From the NCBI GenBank assembly GCA_052168235.1, contig JBQLZK010000021.1, forward strand, positions 31,620 through 95,619: 64,000 bases of DNA, in the 5' to 3' direction. This document shows, in pieces, positions 20,029 to 30,557 of the stretch. The stretch comes from Thainema sp. GTDB taxonomy: Bacteria; Cyanobacteriota; Cyanobacteriia; Phormidesmidales; Phormidesmidaceae. Below the pieces are notes generated by a model. The model searched no databases and had not been told where the DNA came from. It worked only from the letters and a program-made list of their open reading frames with translations. The stretch's first letter is position 1. Each line of letters starts with the position of its first letter. The translations under genes and the position numbers were made by a program.

Positions 20029-23000
20029 TTAGCCCATTTTCATCAGTAACACAATCTGATCAAACTGAAATCGTTTTGCTAAATGAGCCAAAATTTTTGT
20101 CAAGGCTTCATGTTTAAGAGCAACTTGTTCAGTTAGCTGAAGAATCTTACGATCGGAACCTGTTAAAGCCGCTTGATGAACTTGCTGTCGCCACTGCAGC
20201 GAGACTCGATCTAGATCTTCTTTTACAGCATTGAAAAGGGGCTCCATCTCATCCAGCGAATGATTAGAGGCATCAAATAACGCGACGTTAAACTTCGAGA
20301 ATTCAATTGTTTCAGGATCAAGCACAGACGGTGGAACGTCGAATTCGCTTGATGTAGCGGTGGTGGTCTGAATCGCTGTATTATCTATTACTGCCGATGG
20401 CCCACTTGCGCCGTTACTGGCAATTGTCCAAAAATTAAATTTAAACAAGCTACCGTGATTTAATGCGCTGTGAACAGTGATATCTCCTCCCATCAAGTTA
20501 ATAAATTGGCGAGCCAGCGCCAATCCCAAACCATTCCCTTGACTCGCTTTCCGTCCGGCTTCTGCTTGGGTAAAGGGTGCAAAAACGTTATTTAATTCTT
20601 TAGGCTCAATGCCCTGGCCCGTATCTTCAATCTCAGCCCAAAGGTTGAAGCGATAGTCTGTTTGGTTAACAGGAACTTGAGCCTGGATTCCCATGCGTAA
20701 TGTGATACTGCCAATCTGAGTAAATTTGATGGCATTATTTAATAAATTAAACAGTATTTGGCGCAGCTTGCCTTGATCGGTCGTGATGGATTGGGGCAGT
20801 TGCGGATCAATTTCGAACGATAAGCTCAGTCTTTTTTGGGCAGCTGCGATCGCAACTTTCGCTTCAATATCCACTAACAGCTCACGTAAATTAAAACGAG
20901 TTGGAACTAGCTGATTGGGGCCAGAGTCGAGGCGGGCAATCGTCAGCACATCATTAATGCGATTGAGTAAATAGCGGCCATTGCGATGGATGATATCAAT
21001 GTATTCTTTGTGCTCCGCTGTAATTACCGTTTCGGCAGTGTCGGTATCTTCTTTGGCTTCATTGCCTAAAATTTCGCTGAATCCCAAAATGGCGTTCAGC
21101 GGCGTCCGCAGTTCATGGCTGATGTTAGCCAGAAATTCGGTTTTGGCTTGGTTGGCGGATTCTGCTGCTGTCTTAGCTTGAGCCAGTTCTAGAGCCTGTT
21201 GGCGAGTTTGTTCCAAAAGCTCTGCATGCTGCAGTGCAACGCCCAGTTGGCTGGTAATGTGAAGCACGAGGTTAACCTCTTCCGGTTTCCACTGGCGCGG
21301 TGCAGTATTTTGATAATTGGCCAGCAGTCCCCAAAGCCGCCCACCCACAAAAATGGGAACCGTGAGGTAAGCCCGCACCTGAAAATGGCGAAGCAGGTTG
21401 AGGTAGCAGTCGTCTAGCTTGGCCTGCTGGATATCGGCAATGCAGCTATAGGGTTTGCCTCGAGCATAGTGTCCCTCCTGAGACGTTTGAAAATAGGTAT
21501 CCCTTTCGAAGATAAAACGCTGGTTCCAATGTTGAATACTGCATGTCTGGGAGGTTACGGCTTCGCTCGGCAAATGAGGAGTCTGGGAGAACGTTGGGAT
21601 GAGGGTATCCCAAGCTGGAGCGGCGGATTCGGAGACAAAACAGCCGCTCCAGTCGGAGTTAAAGCGATAAATCAGAGTGCGATCGCAGTTCAACAGGTGG
21701 CGTAGTTCACGGGTAGTTGTGGTAAAAATTTGCTCAACCTCCAGTGTTTGGCGCATCTGTTCAACCAGTTGATGCGTCAAGTGTTCTCGCCGCCAGTTTT
21801 GATGGAGTTCTACTTCAGCTTGACAATTTTCCAGATGCAGTGAAAGAGAGGCAGCGGCAGCTTCTAACAGCATAATTTCAGCGGCATCCCATAGCCGAGC
21901 GGTTTGGCAGTTATCAAACCCAATCGTGCCCCAAAATTGCCCTTTTACCATTAACGGCAACACCAGAATAGCCAGAATGTCCTGCGAGTCTAGAATGGCT
22001 TGATCAGAAGCGGGCAAATCGCAAACCAGGCTGTTGATTGGCTGTCCCAGGGACAAACGTTGAAACCACTGCGGCGACAACTGATCATAGGAGAGGTTTT
22101 GCAGCAGCGAGTTATCGATTTGAGGCAGGATACCCGCTGCACACCACTCCAGCCGCTGGCTCATCAGTCGCTCATCGTGGTTTTCAAATAGATAGGCTCG
22201 TGACGCGCCTGCCGTTTCTCCAAGCTGGCTCAAAACGGTCTGATAAACCAATTTAAGTTTAGCCAGTTGGGACTCTAAACTGAGCCGGGTTGGCTGCGCC
22301 CCACAGTCCGATGAGTCGTCCAAATCACGGGACATCAAGTAATGGCCAGAGGCCAATAGCTGCTGCTGAATCGAAACCACAACAGACAGATAGCGCTCTT
22401 GCCGGACTAACAGCGCTTCCATTTCCTTGTAGTGCGTGACATCCCGCTGAATCCCAAAGTGGCCCATAATCTGGCCTTGGTCGTTATACAGACAGGTGTA
22501 ATACCCTTCAATCCACAGAGTTGCACCATCGCTAAATCGCCGCTCTTCGGTGACTGTGCTCATGATGCCGACGTTGAAAAAGCGCCTCCACACCTCTTTC
22601 CCGTAGTCCAGATCGTGGGCAAAAAAGTCAACAGGCGTAGTGCCTAAAATGTCCTCATGGCTTACACCATACTGCTCTAGAAATGCGTCGTTGACTTTAG
22701 TAATGCGTTGATGAACAAAGGCATAGTCAATGGCAGCAGCTTGGTCAGTGTCGTCATTCCAGGTCAACGGCTCATCCAGCATCATCAGAAAAAAGCCATC
22801 TTGAGCTTCTTCAAAGATCTGTTCGAGCAGACTGGGGGTGTGTTCTCGACAAGAAATACGTAGGAGTTGCCATTTACTCACGACTCCTAGAAAGGAGCTG
22901 CCAGGAGCTGCTACGGGTAAATAATCAACCTGATACGCTTCAAAGTAACCAATGAGTTGCTCAATGGAGAGGGATGTGTTTGGCTGAATGCACGGTAAAT

Positions 23001-23277
23001 GACGCACCATAACGTGCTCAACCGTCAGGGCAGTCAGGCTATTAGCCGTTATATTGCCAACCGTTGCGTCGTTAGTCGTTGTGGTGATGGCTTGCAGTAG
23101 TTGCTTCGGAAAGACGGCTCCGAGTAGCTGAATATCGCCATTAGCATTCGTTTCCGTAATCCATAGCGCCGTGAAGTGGGTCTGCCTCATAACTGCGATC
23201 GCAGTTTGTAGAGACGCTGTACGCTCTATCGTCGGAGGATGATAGTCAATGGCTTGAGATAAGAAACGATCCAGCAT
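20029..23277 (-). CDS. CBS-PAS-GAF-GAF(cyanobacteriochrome-like) sensor histidine kinase
   Basis: Degenerate CBS pair, PAS, GAF (GFDNC..R.W), second GAF ([28 protein letters not shown]), [13 protein letters not shown] and HATPase. Alternative start at 23325. Confidence 0.88.
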   Translation of the reverse strand: MLDRFLSQAIDYHPPTIERTASLQTAIAVMRQTHFTALWITETNANGDIQLLGAVFPKQLLQAITTTTNDATVGNITANSLTALTVEHVMVRHLPCIQPNTSLSIEQLIGYFEAYQVDYLPVAAPGSSFLGVVSKWQLLRISCREHTPSLLEQIFEEAQDGFFLMMLDEPLTWNDDTDQAAAIDYAFVHQRITKVNDAFLEQYGVSHEDILGTTPVDFFAHDLDYGKEVWRRFFNVGIMSTVTEERRFSDGATLWIEGYYTCLYNDQGQIMGHFGIQRDVTHYKEMEALLVRQERYLSVVVSIQQQLLASGHYLMSRDLDDSSDCGAQPTRLSLESQLAKLKLVYQTVLSQLGETAGASRAYLFENHDERLMSQRLEWCAAGILPQIDNSLLQNLSYDQLSPQWFQRLSLGQPINSLVCDLPASDQAILDSQDILAILVLPLMVKGQFWGTIGFDNCQTARLWDAAEIMLLEAAAASLSLHLENCQAEVELHQNWRREHLTHQLVEQMRQTLEVEQIFTTTTRELRHLLNCDRTLIYRFNSDWSGCFVSESAAPAWDTLIPTFSQTPHLPSEAVTSQTCSIQHWNQRFIFERDTYFQTSQEGHYARGKPYSCIADIQQAKLDDCYLNLLRHFQVRAYLTVPIFVGGRLWGLLANYQNTAPRQWKPEEVNLVLHITSQLGVALQHAELLEQTRQQALELAQAKTAAESANQAKTEFLANISHELRTPLNAILGFSEILGNEAKEDTDTAETVITAEHKEYIDIIHRNGRYLLNRINDVLTIARLDSGPNQLVPTRFNLRELLVDIEAKVAIAAAQKRLSLSFEIDPQLPQSITTDQGKLRQILFNLLNNAIKFTQIGSITLRMGIQAQVPVNQTDYRFNLWAEIEDTGQGIEPKELNNVFAPFTQAEAGRKASQGNGLGLALARQFINLMGGDITVHSALNHGSLFKFNFWTIASNGASGPSAVIDNTAIQTTTATSSEFDVPPSVLDPETIEFSKFNVALFDASNHSLDEMEPLFNAVKEDLDRVSLQWRQQVHQAALTGSDRKILQLTEQVALKHEALTKILAHLAKRFQFDQIVLLMKMG

Positions 23278-23589
23278 GTCTTTACTAGCACAACGAATAT
23301 CATATGATGGCCCAACGATTGGCAAGTTTCTTGATGCAATCCCAATTAATGAGCGACTTTAAATCTGACCTAAAATTGTGAACCAGCAATCTAATTTAGG
23401 CAAACAATTACGATTATTAATTTATTAGGTATTAGGTTTTCCAGCCACTGGCAAATTCGCTGATCAATCTTGTTATTTTAGTTTTGACTACTGGAGAAAT
23501 TCACCAGCTTTCGAATCCAATTCAAGTAATAACTGAATAACTAGCCAACTTTGACTTATGCTGCTGAATGAATTATTCTTATTACTGAA

Positions 23590-26500
23590 TCAGCTATTTT
23601 TTAAACCGCTAATTTTCAGGATTTCCATAATAGATGTGAATTGAAAAGTTTGCGCCCAATAGATTAGCATTTGTGCCAAGTTTGATTTTTGATCCGGTAA
23701 CATCTCAATCAGCTGGAAAATTCGTTCATCTGATCCTTTGACTGCAGCCTGTTGCAGAGACTGAATCCACGTTTCAGGCATAGATGGTAAGACCGTTGCC
23801 AATTCGAGCACGAGTTGATCGACAGTTGGCTGTTCAGGTGCGACCTCAAAACTAGTGGTTGTTGGATAACGTAAATCTGCGATCGCGCATGAGTCTGTTT
23901 TATAGAGATAACGAACGGGTAAATATTCGGCAATTGTCTGAAAAATTTGCTTAGCCTGAAACGGCTTTCGAATGAAGTCATCACATCCGGCTACCAAGAC
24001 TCGATTTCGCTCTTCTTCAAACGCATTGGCTGTCAAGCCAACAATAATTGGCGAGGGTGATAGTGCGGCGGCCTTAATTTGACGAGTTGCTTCATACCCA
24101 TCCATTCTTGGCATCCGCATATCCATCCAAATCAGATGAGGCTGCCAACTGTGAGCAAGTTCGACAGCAGCTAAGCCATCTTCTGCCGTTTTAACTGTGA
24201 ACCCAGCGGCTTCGAGCATGCGCACGAGCAGCAAGCGATTAGCGGGTTGGTCTTCAACCACTAATAGTCGGTAAGCGGGCTGCCCCGGAGCTAATCGTTC
24301 AACTACGGCATCAGTCGCAACTGAAGGCGGACTCACGGGTAAATCAACCACTAAAGCTTGGATTGCAAAGGAGAATGTTGAACCTTGACTCAGTGAGGTT
24401 TGAACGTGAATGACACCTCCCATCAGTTGAACAAACTGCTGGCTAATTGATAATCCCAGCCCAGTCCCTTCGCGAGATTGATGTCCGGCAGTTGTCTGCG
24501 TAAATGGAGCAAAAAGTGTTTTTAGCTCATCTGGCGCAATTCCTGGGCCTGTATCTTCTACCGCGAATGATATGAATATAGGAGAAGATTGTGAAATCAT
24601 TGTGACGATTTCTGGATTATTGGCCAAATTGACCGTTAAGTGATCAACTTCCTGCCTGGTAGTTAGTTTCACTCGCAAATTGACATGGCCCTGCTGAGTA
24701 AATTTCACCGCATTACTCAGCAAGTTAATTAATACCTGACGTAACTTATTTTCATCTGTTTCAATATAACGTGGAACATTAGATGCACAGTCAATAGTCA
24801 GAGATATATTTTTGTTTTTTGCCCGCAGCAAAAACATATTTTCGAGGCTTTGCAGCAAAGCATATAGATCAAATGGTTGAGGCGTAAACGAGATTTTGCC
24901 AGCCTCAATTTTGGACATTTCAAGCACATCGTTAATCAACGTCAGCAGATGTTCTCCACTGCGGTAAACAATGTCTAAATATTCATGCGTTGTTTGATCA
25001 ACTTTCCCCTCTCCTAAGAGGAGTTGGGTAAAACCCAAAATCGAATTTAATGGGGTGCGGAACTCATGGCTAATGTTGGCTAAAAACTCGCTCTTGGCCC
25101 GATTGGCTGCATCCGCACTTTCCCGTGCTTGCTGTAACTCATTTTCAAAGGTTTGTCGCTCTAGCTCTGCGCCAGCTCGGGCCGCAAAAATCTTTAGGAT
25201 GAGCTCACGCTGCTGTTCAGTGAGCATCGGTCGATCATCAAGCACAGCCAAATGTCCAATCACCTGATTATTTGAATTAGTCAGCGGTACGCCAAAATAA
25301 CTGCAAACTCCCCACTCAGCAAATATCGGAAACTGTGGATATAGCGATTGCAGATTGCGTTCATGAAAAACAGTGTGTCCGTCTAAAACCTTTTCACAAG
25401 GTGATCCGCTTAAATCCAGTTCACAATTTGCCCCAAAGCTATCCTTTTGCCAAAAGGCCAGCGTGCGGACACGTTTCTTTTCTGTACCAATGGTTTGGGT
25501 AATGAGGGCATATCGAACCTGGAGCACATCGGCCAGGTAACGAACCAAGGAGCGGAAAAATTGGCTGCCCGTTTTAGCTGCAGTTCGTTCAAAAATGAGC
25601 CGCAGAGCCTGTTCTTGATACTTGAGATCGGTGATATCTTCCGCAATGCCGACTACCCGATCAACATGCCCCGCATCGTCACAAATTGGAAAAGCGCGAT
25701 CGCGAATCCAGCGAGTGGTGCCGTCAGGCCGAATAATCCGATATTCTTCATCGTAGCTTTCACCCTTAGCCTGCTTTGCCACGATTCGCTTGATATCTTG
25801 AGAATGAATGGCAGCCTGCCAAACCTGGGCATCCTGTAGCACCATGCTGCACGGACGGCCCCAGATCGCTTCATAGGCCGGCGACATATAGGTAAATTGC
25901 TGTTGGGACGGTTCTAAGATCCAAAAAATATTTTCAATATGTTCTGCAAGCTGCCTAAACCGAGCCTCGCTTTCCCGCAGTGCCATTTCCGCTTGCTGCC
26001 GCTGTTGTTCAATTTGATAGGAACAAATAAACTTACCGATGCTTTGAGCCATCAGCTCAATAATTTCGCGTTCATGCCCTTCAAACCCTTCTGAGCGAAT
26101 GTCTTGTGAGAAAAAACATAAACTGCCGTAAATCTGCTCATTAACAAAAATAGGTGTGCTAATAAAGGACTCAATCTTAAATGCTTGATAAATTGGGTGT
26201 TGCTCTATGCCCGGAATGCTGCCGAGATGTGAGTACGTAACGGTTTGTCGAGTTCGAATCGCTTCAGCACAGAACGTATCTTCTAAATCACAGCTAAAAC
26301 CAGGGGAGAAACCGCTTAGGCCAGTCTCTATCGCCTGAATCGTGTACTGACTTTGCTGGATAGAGCTAATCACGCCACCCGCAAACTTCATAGTTTGGCA
26401 ACCTGTCTTTAGATAATCCTCAAACAGTTCGTCGAAACTCTCAAACTGCCTCAGTCCTAGACGATGAAGCTGTTTGAGGTTGTGGCTAAATTTTTGAAGG

Positions 26501-27774
26501 GTTTGAGAGGTTTTAACTAACTTTTGCTCGTTAGCTTTGCGAGATGTGATATCTCGGTATTGCCACAAGTGACCCTGGAACCGATCGCCCGACAGGATGG
26601 GTAAATAGTCTCGCTCCAAAATTCGCCCGTCTGCCAGCACAATTTCCTCGGCCACAACGGGTTGGCGATTTTCCAAAATCTGATTAATCCGCTGAATGGC
26701 CTGATCTGGATAGGCAAATAGGGTTGCACCTTGGGCCACCATTTGTTCGCAGTCCAGTCCTAGCAGTTCTGAAGGAGTCAGATCAACACCAAATAGATCG
26801 CAAAATAGCTGATTACTTAAAACAATTTTTCGATGTTCATTCTCCACTAAAATGCCAGCTTGCAAGCTACAAATCAGTGTGGATAATCGAGAACTGGTTC
26901 GACTGAGATGTTCTTCTGATGCCTTGCGATTCGTGATGTCTCGACAGATACCAATTAGTCCCAGCAACTTTCCCTGCGGATCTTCAATCGGTATCTTATA
27001 GGTATCCAACGAGCGTTTACTTTGGTCAGGGAAGATAGCAAGTTCTTCGTACCGGAGCGGTACACGGCGAGTTAGAACCTGCCGATCTCGCGCTTGAATT
27101 TGCCGAGCCGCTGATGGTGAAAATAGGTCGGCATCCGTTTGGCACAAAATACTCTGTTGGGCACGTCCCGTAAAGGTTTGGAATGCTTGGTTCCAAAGAA
27201 TGTATTGCCCCTTAGAATTTTTGTAGAAAATAAAATCTGGAATTGCGTCGATTAGATTGCGTAAGAGGTTCCGCTCTCGGCTCAAGTCTGCTTGAACACA
27301 TTTGCGATCGCGGATTTCCTGTTGAAGTTGCTGATTTTGAGTCGCTAAAAGCTGCTGCTGCTGCTGAAGCTGTCGCTGCAAATGTAGAAGCCGCATCTGA
27401 TGCCGCACCCGTGCTAGCACCTCTTCCGATTGAAACGGTTTGGTAATATAGTCGCTTCCACCCACCTCAAAAGCTTTTACCTTATCTCGACCATCCTGTA
27501 GAGCGCTGAGAAAAATAATTGGAATGTCTTGAGTGTTTCGGTTTTCTTTTAGCCGTTGACACAGCTCATACCCATCCATTTTAGGCATTCGAATATCCAG
27601 CAAAATCAAGTCGGGTAAATTTCGCTGAATTGCCATCAACGCAAGGCTAGCACTCGGAGACAGCTGAACACTATATCCCTGCTCAGACAACAAGTCCGCC
27701 AATAGAGACAAATTAGCTGGCTTATCATCAATAATCAAAATAGACGTTGGTTGGAGTATGGTGTCAGAACTCAC
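23590..27774 (-). CDS. Multi-sensor hybrid histidine kinase (REC-PAS-PAS-GAF-PAS-GAF-HisKA-HATPase-REC)
   Basis: N-terminal REC (LLDIRMP), PAS/PAC ending RDIT, GAF domains, [20 protein letters not shown]-terminal REC (WMDMRMP). Confidence 0.92.
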   Translation of the reverse strand: MSSDTILQPTSILIIDDKPANLSLLADLLSEQGYSVQLSPSASLALMAIQRNLPDLILLDIRMPKMDGYELCQRLKENRNTQDIPIIFLSALQDGRDKVKAFEVGGSDYITKPFQSEEVLARVRHQMRLLHLQRQLQQQQQLLATQNQQLQQEIRDRKCVQADLSRERNLLRNLIDAIPDFIFYKNSKGQYILWNQAFQTFTGRAQQSILCQTDADLFSPSAARQIQARDRQVLTRRVPLRYEELAIFPDQSKRSLDTYKIPIEDPQGKLLGLIGICRDITNRKASEEHLSRTSSRLSTLICSLQAGILVENEHRKIVLSNQLFCDLFGVDLTPSELLGLDCEQMVAQGATLFAYPDQAIQRINQILENRQPVVAEEIVLADGRILERDYLPILSGDRFQGHLWQYRDITSRKANEQKLVKTSQTLQKFSHNLKQLHRLGLRQFESFDELFEDYLKTGCQTMKFAGGVISSIQQSQYTIQAIETGLSGFSPGFSCDLEDTFCAEAIRTRQTVTYSHLGSIPGIEQHPIYQAFKIESFISTPIFVNEQIYGSLCFFSQDIRSEGFEGHEREIIELMAQSIGKFICSYQIEQQRQQAEMALRESEARFRQLAEHIENIFWILEPSQQQFTYMSPAYEAIWGRPCSMVLQDAQVWQAAIHSQDIKRIVAKQAKGESYDEEYRIIRPDGTTRWIRDRAFPICDDAGHVDRVVGIAEDITDLKYQEQALRLIFERTAAKTGSQFFRSLVRYLADVLQVRYALITQTIGTEKKRVRTLAFWQKDSFGANCELDLSGSPCEKVLDGHTVFHERNLQSLYPQFPIFAEWGVCSYFGVPLTNSNNQVIGHLAVLDDRPMLTEQQRELILKIFAARAGAELERQTFENELQQARESADAANRAKSEFLANISHEFRTPLNSILGFTQLLLGEGKVDQTTHEYLDIVYRSGEHLLTLINDVLEMSKIEAGKISFTPQPFDLYALLQSLENMFLLRAKNKNISLTIDCASNVPRYIETDENKLRQVLINLLSNAVKFTQQGHVNLRVKLTTRQEVDHLTVNLANNPEIVTMISQSSPIFISFAVEDTGPGIAPDELKTLFAPFTQTTAGHQSREGTGLGLSISQQFVQLMGGVIHVQTSLSQGSTFSFAIQALVVDLPVSPPSVATDAVVERLAPGQPAYRLLVVEDQPANRLLLVRMLEAAGFTVKTAEDGLAAVELAHSWQPHLIWMDMRMPRMDGYEATRQIKAAALSPSPIIVGLTANAFEEERNRVLVAGCDDFIRKPFQAKQIFQTIAEYLPVRYLYKTDSCAIADLRYPTTTSFEVAPEQPTVDQLVLELATVLPSMPETWIQSLQQAAVKGSDERIFQLIEMLPDQKSNLAQMLIYWAQTFQFTSIMEILKISGLKNS

Positions 27775-27987
27775 GAGGCTACTGCTGAGTACTTAATTAA
27801 AACCACTAAGCTACTGTAACTTTAGGAGCATCAAACGCTTTTCCTGACTCATCCTTGCATCTTATCCAATAATCACAGACCTAAGTCAGCCCTTGTCGTT
27901 ATATCATAACGACCCAAGTTTACTTTGGAAGTTCAATGCAATATACAAGCCTAGCGACTGGTGCGACCCAAAACTACGCCACCTCAG

Positions 27988-28001
27988 TATTACCCATTTC
28001 C
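27988..28001 (-). promoter_or_regulatory. GGAAATGGGTAATA motif, copy 1 (possible SigF/SigJ-type promoter)
   Basis: Exact 14-bp match to 32590-32603; both copies lie upstream of minus-strand signalling genes. Confidence 0.45.
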
Positions 28002-28125
28002 ATAATCAAACTATCAAATAAATTAAAACTTCTTAAAATCAAAACATCATTTTAGGGGCAGTATTCAAAAAAGCCGATATTAATCACCATACCTCCATCA
28101 AAGCTTTATTTATTTCTTATCAAAT

Positions 28126-29178
28126 TCATATACCTTTCAGTAAAAATTGAGCAGCCGCCAAACTATCAACTGGCATAGAGAAGTGATAGCCCTGCATCTT
28201 CCTACAACCAATTTGCTTCATCTTGTCTAGTTGCGCTGGTGTTTCAATTCCCTCGGCAATTACATCTAAATTCAAACGAGATGCTAGAGCTAAAATTGCT
28301 TCACTCATAACCCAATTTTGATTGGAAATAAACGATCGATCAATTTTGATAGCATCAAATGGAAAATCTTGTAGTCGAGCCAAAGAAGAATAGCCAGTAC
28401 CAAAATCATCAATATAAAACTTGACGCCCAGTTCTTTTAGTTTGACGATATTTTCCAACGCTTTATTTTGATTACCAATCAAAAAGCTTTCAGTTATTTC
28501 TAGCTTTAAAGTATTAGGAATAATCGTATAGTCAGATAATATATCTTTGACCTTTAAACATAAATCAGGCTCCGACAACTGGCTGGATGAAAGATTAATA
28601 CTCATCATAATCGGCGCATCGTGGCAAAATCCTGCTTGCCAGTCTTGTAACTGCTGACAAGCCATTCTTAGTAAATAAAGCTCCAGTTCTTTAATTTGAC
28701 CAGTCTTTTCGGACAGGGGAATAAAAGTTGTAGGTGAAATCAGTCCTTGAGTAGGATGCTGCCATCGAGCCAGAGCTTCAAATCCAATAATCCTATTATC
28801 TAGTACAGAAATAATTGGTTGGTAATTCAGAAAGAACTCCCGACGCTTTAATCCACCTGCAATATCTTTTTCTAGCTTGAAGTTTTCTATATCTTCAGCA
28901 GACAATATGGCTGGAAGTAAATCAGGATGGTGCTCAAGAAAATCAACCAGGCGAGTTAAACGATCGGCCCCACCAATTGCAAGTTTTAAAAGTTTCAATC
29001 CATCGTCCGATAAGTTGCCAAACTGCTCGTAATCTAAAAGCTTCAGAACGCCCTGAATAGAAGTAAGAGGTGTGCGCATTTCATGACAAATAAGGCTGGT
29101 GATTTCTTCAATCTGCTCAACATTGTTGTTTGAGATGGTTGAACCAGCAGACAACGGTAATACAGTAGAATGCAACAT
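28126..29178 (-). CDS. HisKA-EAL domain protein (putative c-di-GMP phosphodiesterase)
   Basis: CHEMRTPLTSIQG (HisKA) followed by YQPI..GFEALARW, INLS, LEITES, DDFGTGYSSL, IKIDRSF, AEGIE and QGY. Confidence 0.9.
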   Translation of the reverse strand: MLHSTVLPLSAGSTISNNNVEQIEEITSLICHEMRTPLTSIQGVLKLLDYEQFGNLSDDGLKLLKLAIGGADRLTRLVDFLEHHPDLLPAILSAEDIENFKLEKDIAGGLKRREFFLNYQPIISVLDNRIIGFEALARWQHPTQGLISPTTFIPLSEKTGQIKELELYLLRMACQQLQDWQAGFCHDAPIMMSINLSSSQLSEPDLCLKVKDILSDYTIIPNTLKLEITESFLIGNQNKALENIVKLKELGVKFYIDDFGTGYSSLARLQDFPFDAIKIDRSFISNQNWVMSEAILALASRLNLDVIAEGIETPAQLDKMKQIGCRKMQGYHFSMPVDSLAAAQFLLKGI

Positions 29179-29326
29179 GGTGGCGTATAAAATTGTTTTT
29201 TTCAGTAAAATACCAATAAATAAAGTAACAGCCGTTAAGATAATAGAAAGTTAGCGATACCTGTAGCTTAGGCTATAATTTAAAGCATCTCTATCAGCAA
29301 CAAGTTTAAAATAGCGCTTCCACAAA

Positions 29327-29647
29327 TTAGTTATTTCCCAAGTTTGCAGCAACGCAATCATTTAATGCACTTAAACTATTATCTTTAGAGTGTTGGTTTG
29401 TAGCGAGCATAGATACGGCTCGCAGACTTATCCATAATGTGTATCCAGACGCAGAAACCGTAATACAAACTTTCGCATCTGCCGTTGAAAGTTCGCAGCC
29501 GTCCCTATAAGCATCCAAACGGCTGTCCAAATCATAGCTTTTAACCTGGGTATAGAGTTCATTGCTAAACAACATACCTCTTTGGATGCCTTCATCCCAA
29601 TATGCAAATAGAGTGATTAAATTTTCTGAAACGACTGTAGGGAGCAT
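29327..29647 (-). CDS. Small cyanobacterial hypothetical protein
   Basis: Clean ORF within a co-oriented cluster; the MLP.VV.E...F.YW...IQ.GM....ELY pattern looks like a real protein. Confidence 0.65.
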   Translation of the reverse strand: MLPTVVSENLITLFAYWDEGIQRGMLFSNELYTQVKSYDLDSRLDAYRDGCELSTADAKVCITVSASGYTLWISLRAVSMLATNQHSKDNSLSALNDCVAANLGNN

Positions 29648-29833
29648 AATCAAAGATAACTAGAGGCTAGGGGTAAGCCTGCGTAATTTTCTACAGTAAA
29701 ATATATTTGAACAATGTGACAAATTTGTGACGCCCGGATGGGATACAGCAACCGATGAGGAGATATAGAAGTACAGTCCGTTCCTATTCAAGGTACGGGG
29801 CATGATTTATAGCGATTCCACTTAAGAGTAAGA

Positions 29834-29882
29834 GAACGAGAGAGGAGAGTGCCTCAGGATGAGGCACTCTCCTCTCTCGTTC
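29834..29882. repeat. Perfect inverted repeat, 23-bp arms, 3-nt loop
   Basis: GAACGAGAGAGGAGAGTGCCTCA-GGA-TGAGGCACTCTCCTCTCTCGTTC. Confidence 0.9.
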
Positions 29883-29926
29883 GTATCTAGAACCGCTACA
29901 TAAAAGAGTTGTAAGAAATAAACCAA

Positions 29927-30322
29927 TTAAACCATATTTAAATTAGTCCATCCTAGTATGGACTCGATTTGTTCACCTAATAAACCTGGATCAAAAGGTT
30001 TAATCAAAATTCCTTGTGCGCCAAGATAGAAAAAATCTTCTTGAATAGCCTTTTTCACCGTAGCGGTTAGTAAAATAACCGGAATAACTTGAGTTTCTGG
30101 ATAACTTTTCAAGCTTTTAAGTGTAGCCAACCCATTCATTATAGGCATCAGTACATCTAATAAAATTGCATCTGGCCTTTCTTCCAGCGCGATCCTCACC
30201 CCTTCATCGCCCGATCCAGCAGATACAATATCCCAATGCTTTGTAATTTTCAGGCTAAGCTTAGCAACCTCGCGAATATCAGGCTCATCATCAATAATCA
30301 AAATTTTTCTTTGAGCTGTCAT
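29927..30322 (-). CDS. Single-domain response regulator (CheY-like)
   Basis: ILIIDDEPD, LLDVLMP, LLTA, KPFDP. Confidence 0.92.
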   Translation of the reverse strand: MTAQRKILIIDDEPDIREVAKLSLKITKHWDIVSAGSGDEGVRIALEERPDAILLDVLMPIMNGLATLKSLKSYPETQVIPVILLTATVKKAIQEDFFYLGAQGILIKPFDPGLLGEQIESILGWTNLNMV

Positions 30323-30557
30323 ACTGTTAGATCGTTAATAGCTGCATTGGTCAACTGACTTGGGCTGAGATTTTTTAGAATAATCAAACAATGTATTATT
30401 ATCGTAGCCACACTGATTGGGATACTGGAAATTCCGAAAACGTTTGTTAGATTGTTCATCTGTCTCAATTCAAATAGTAATGGCGATAAAATAGGAGACA
30501 AATGAACGACAGATAATATTAGTATCTACTGTAGAATAATTTCACAGATTCAATCAG

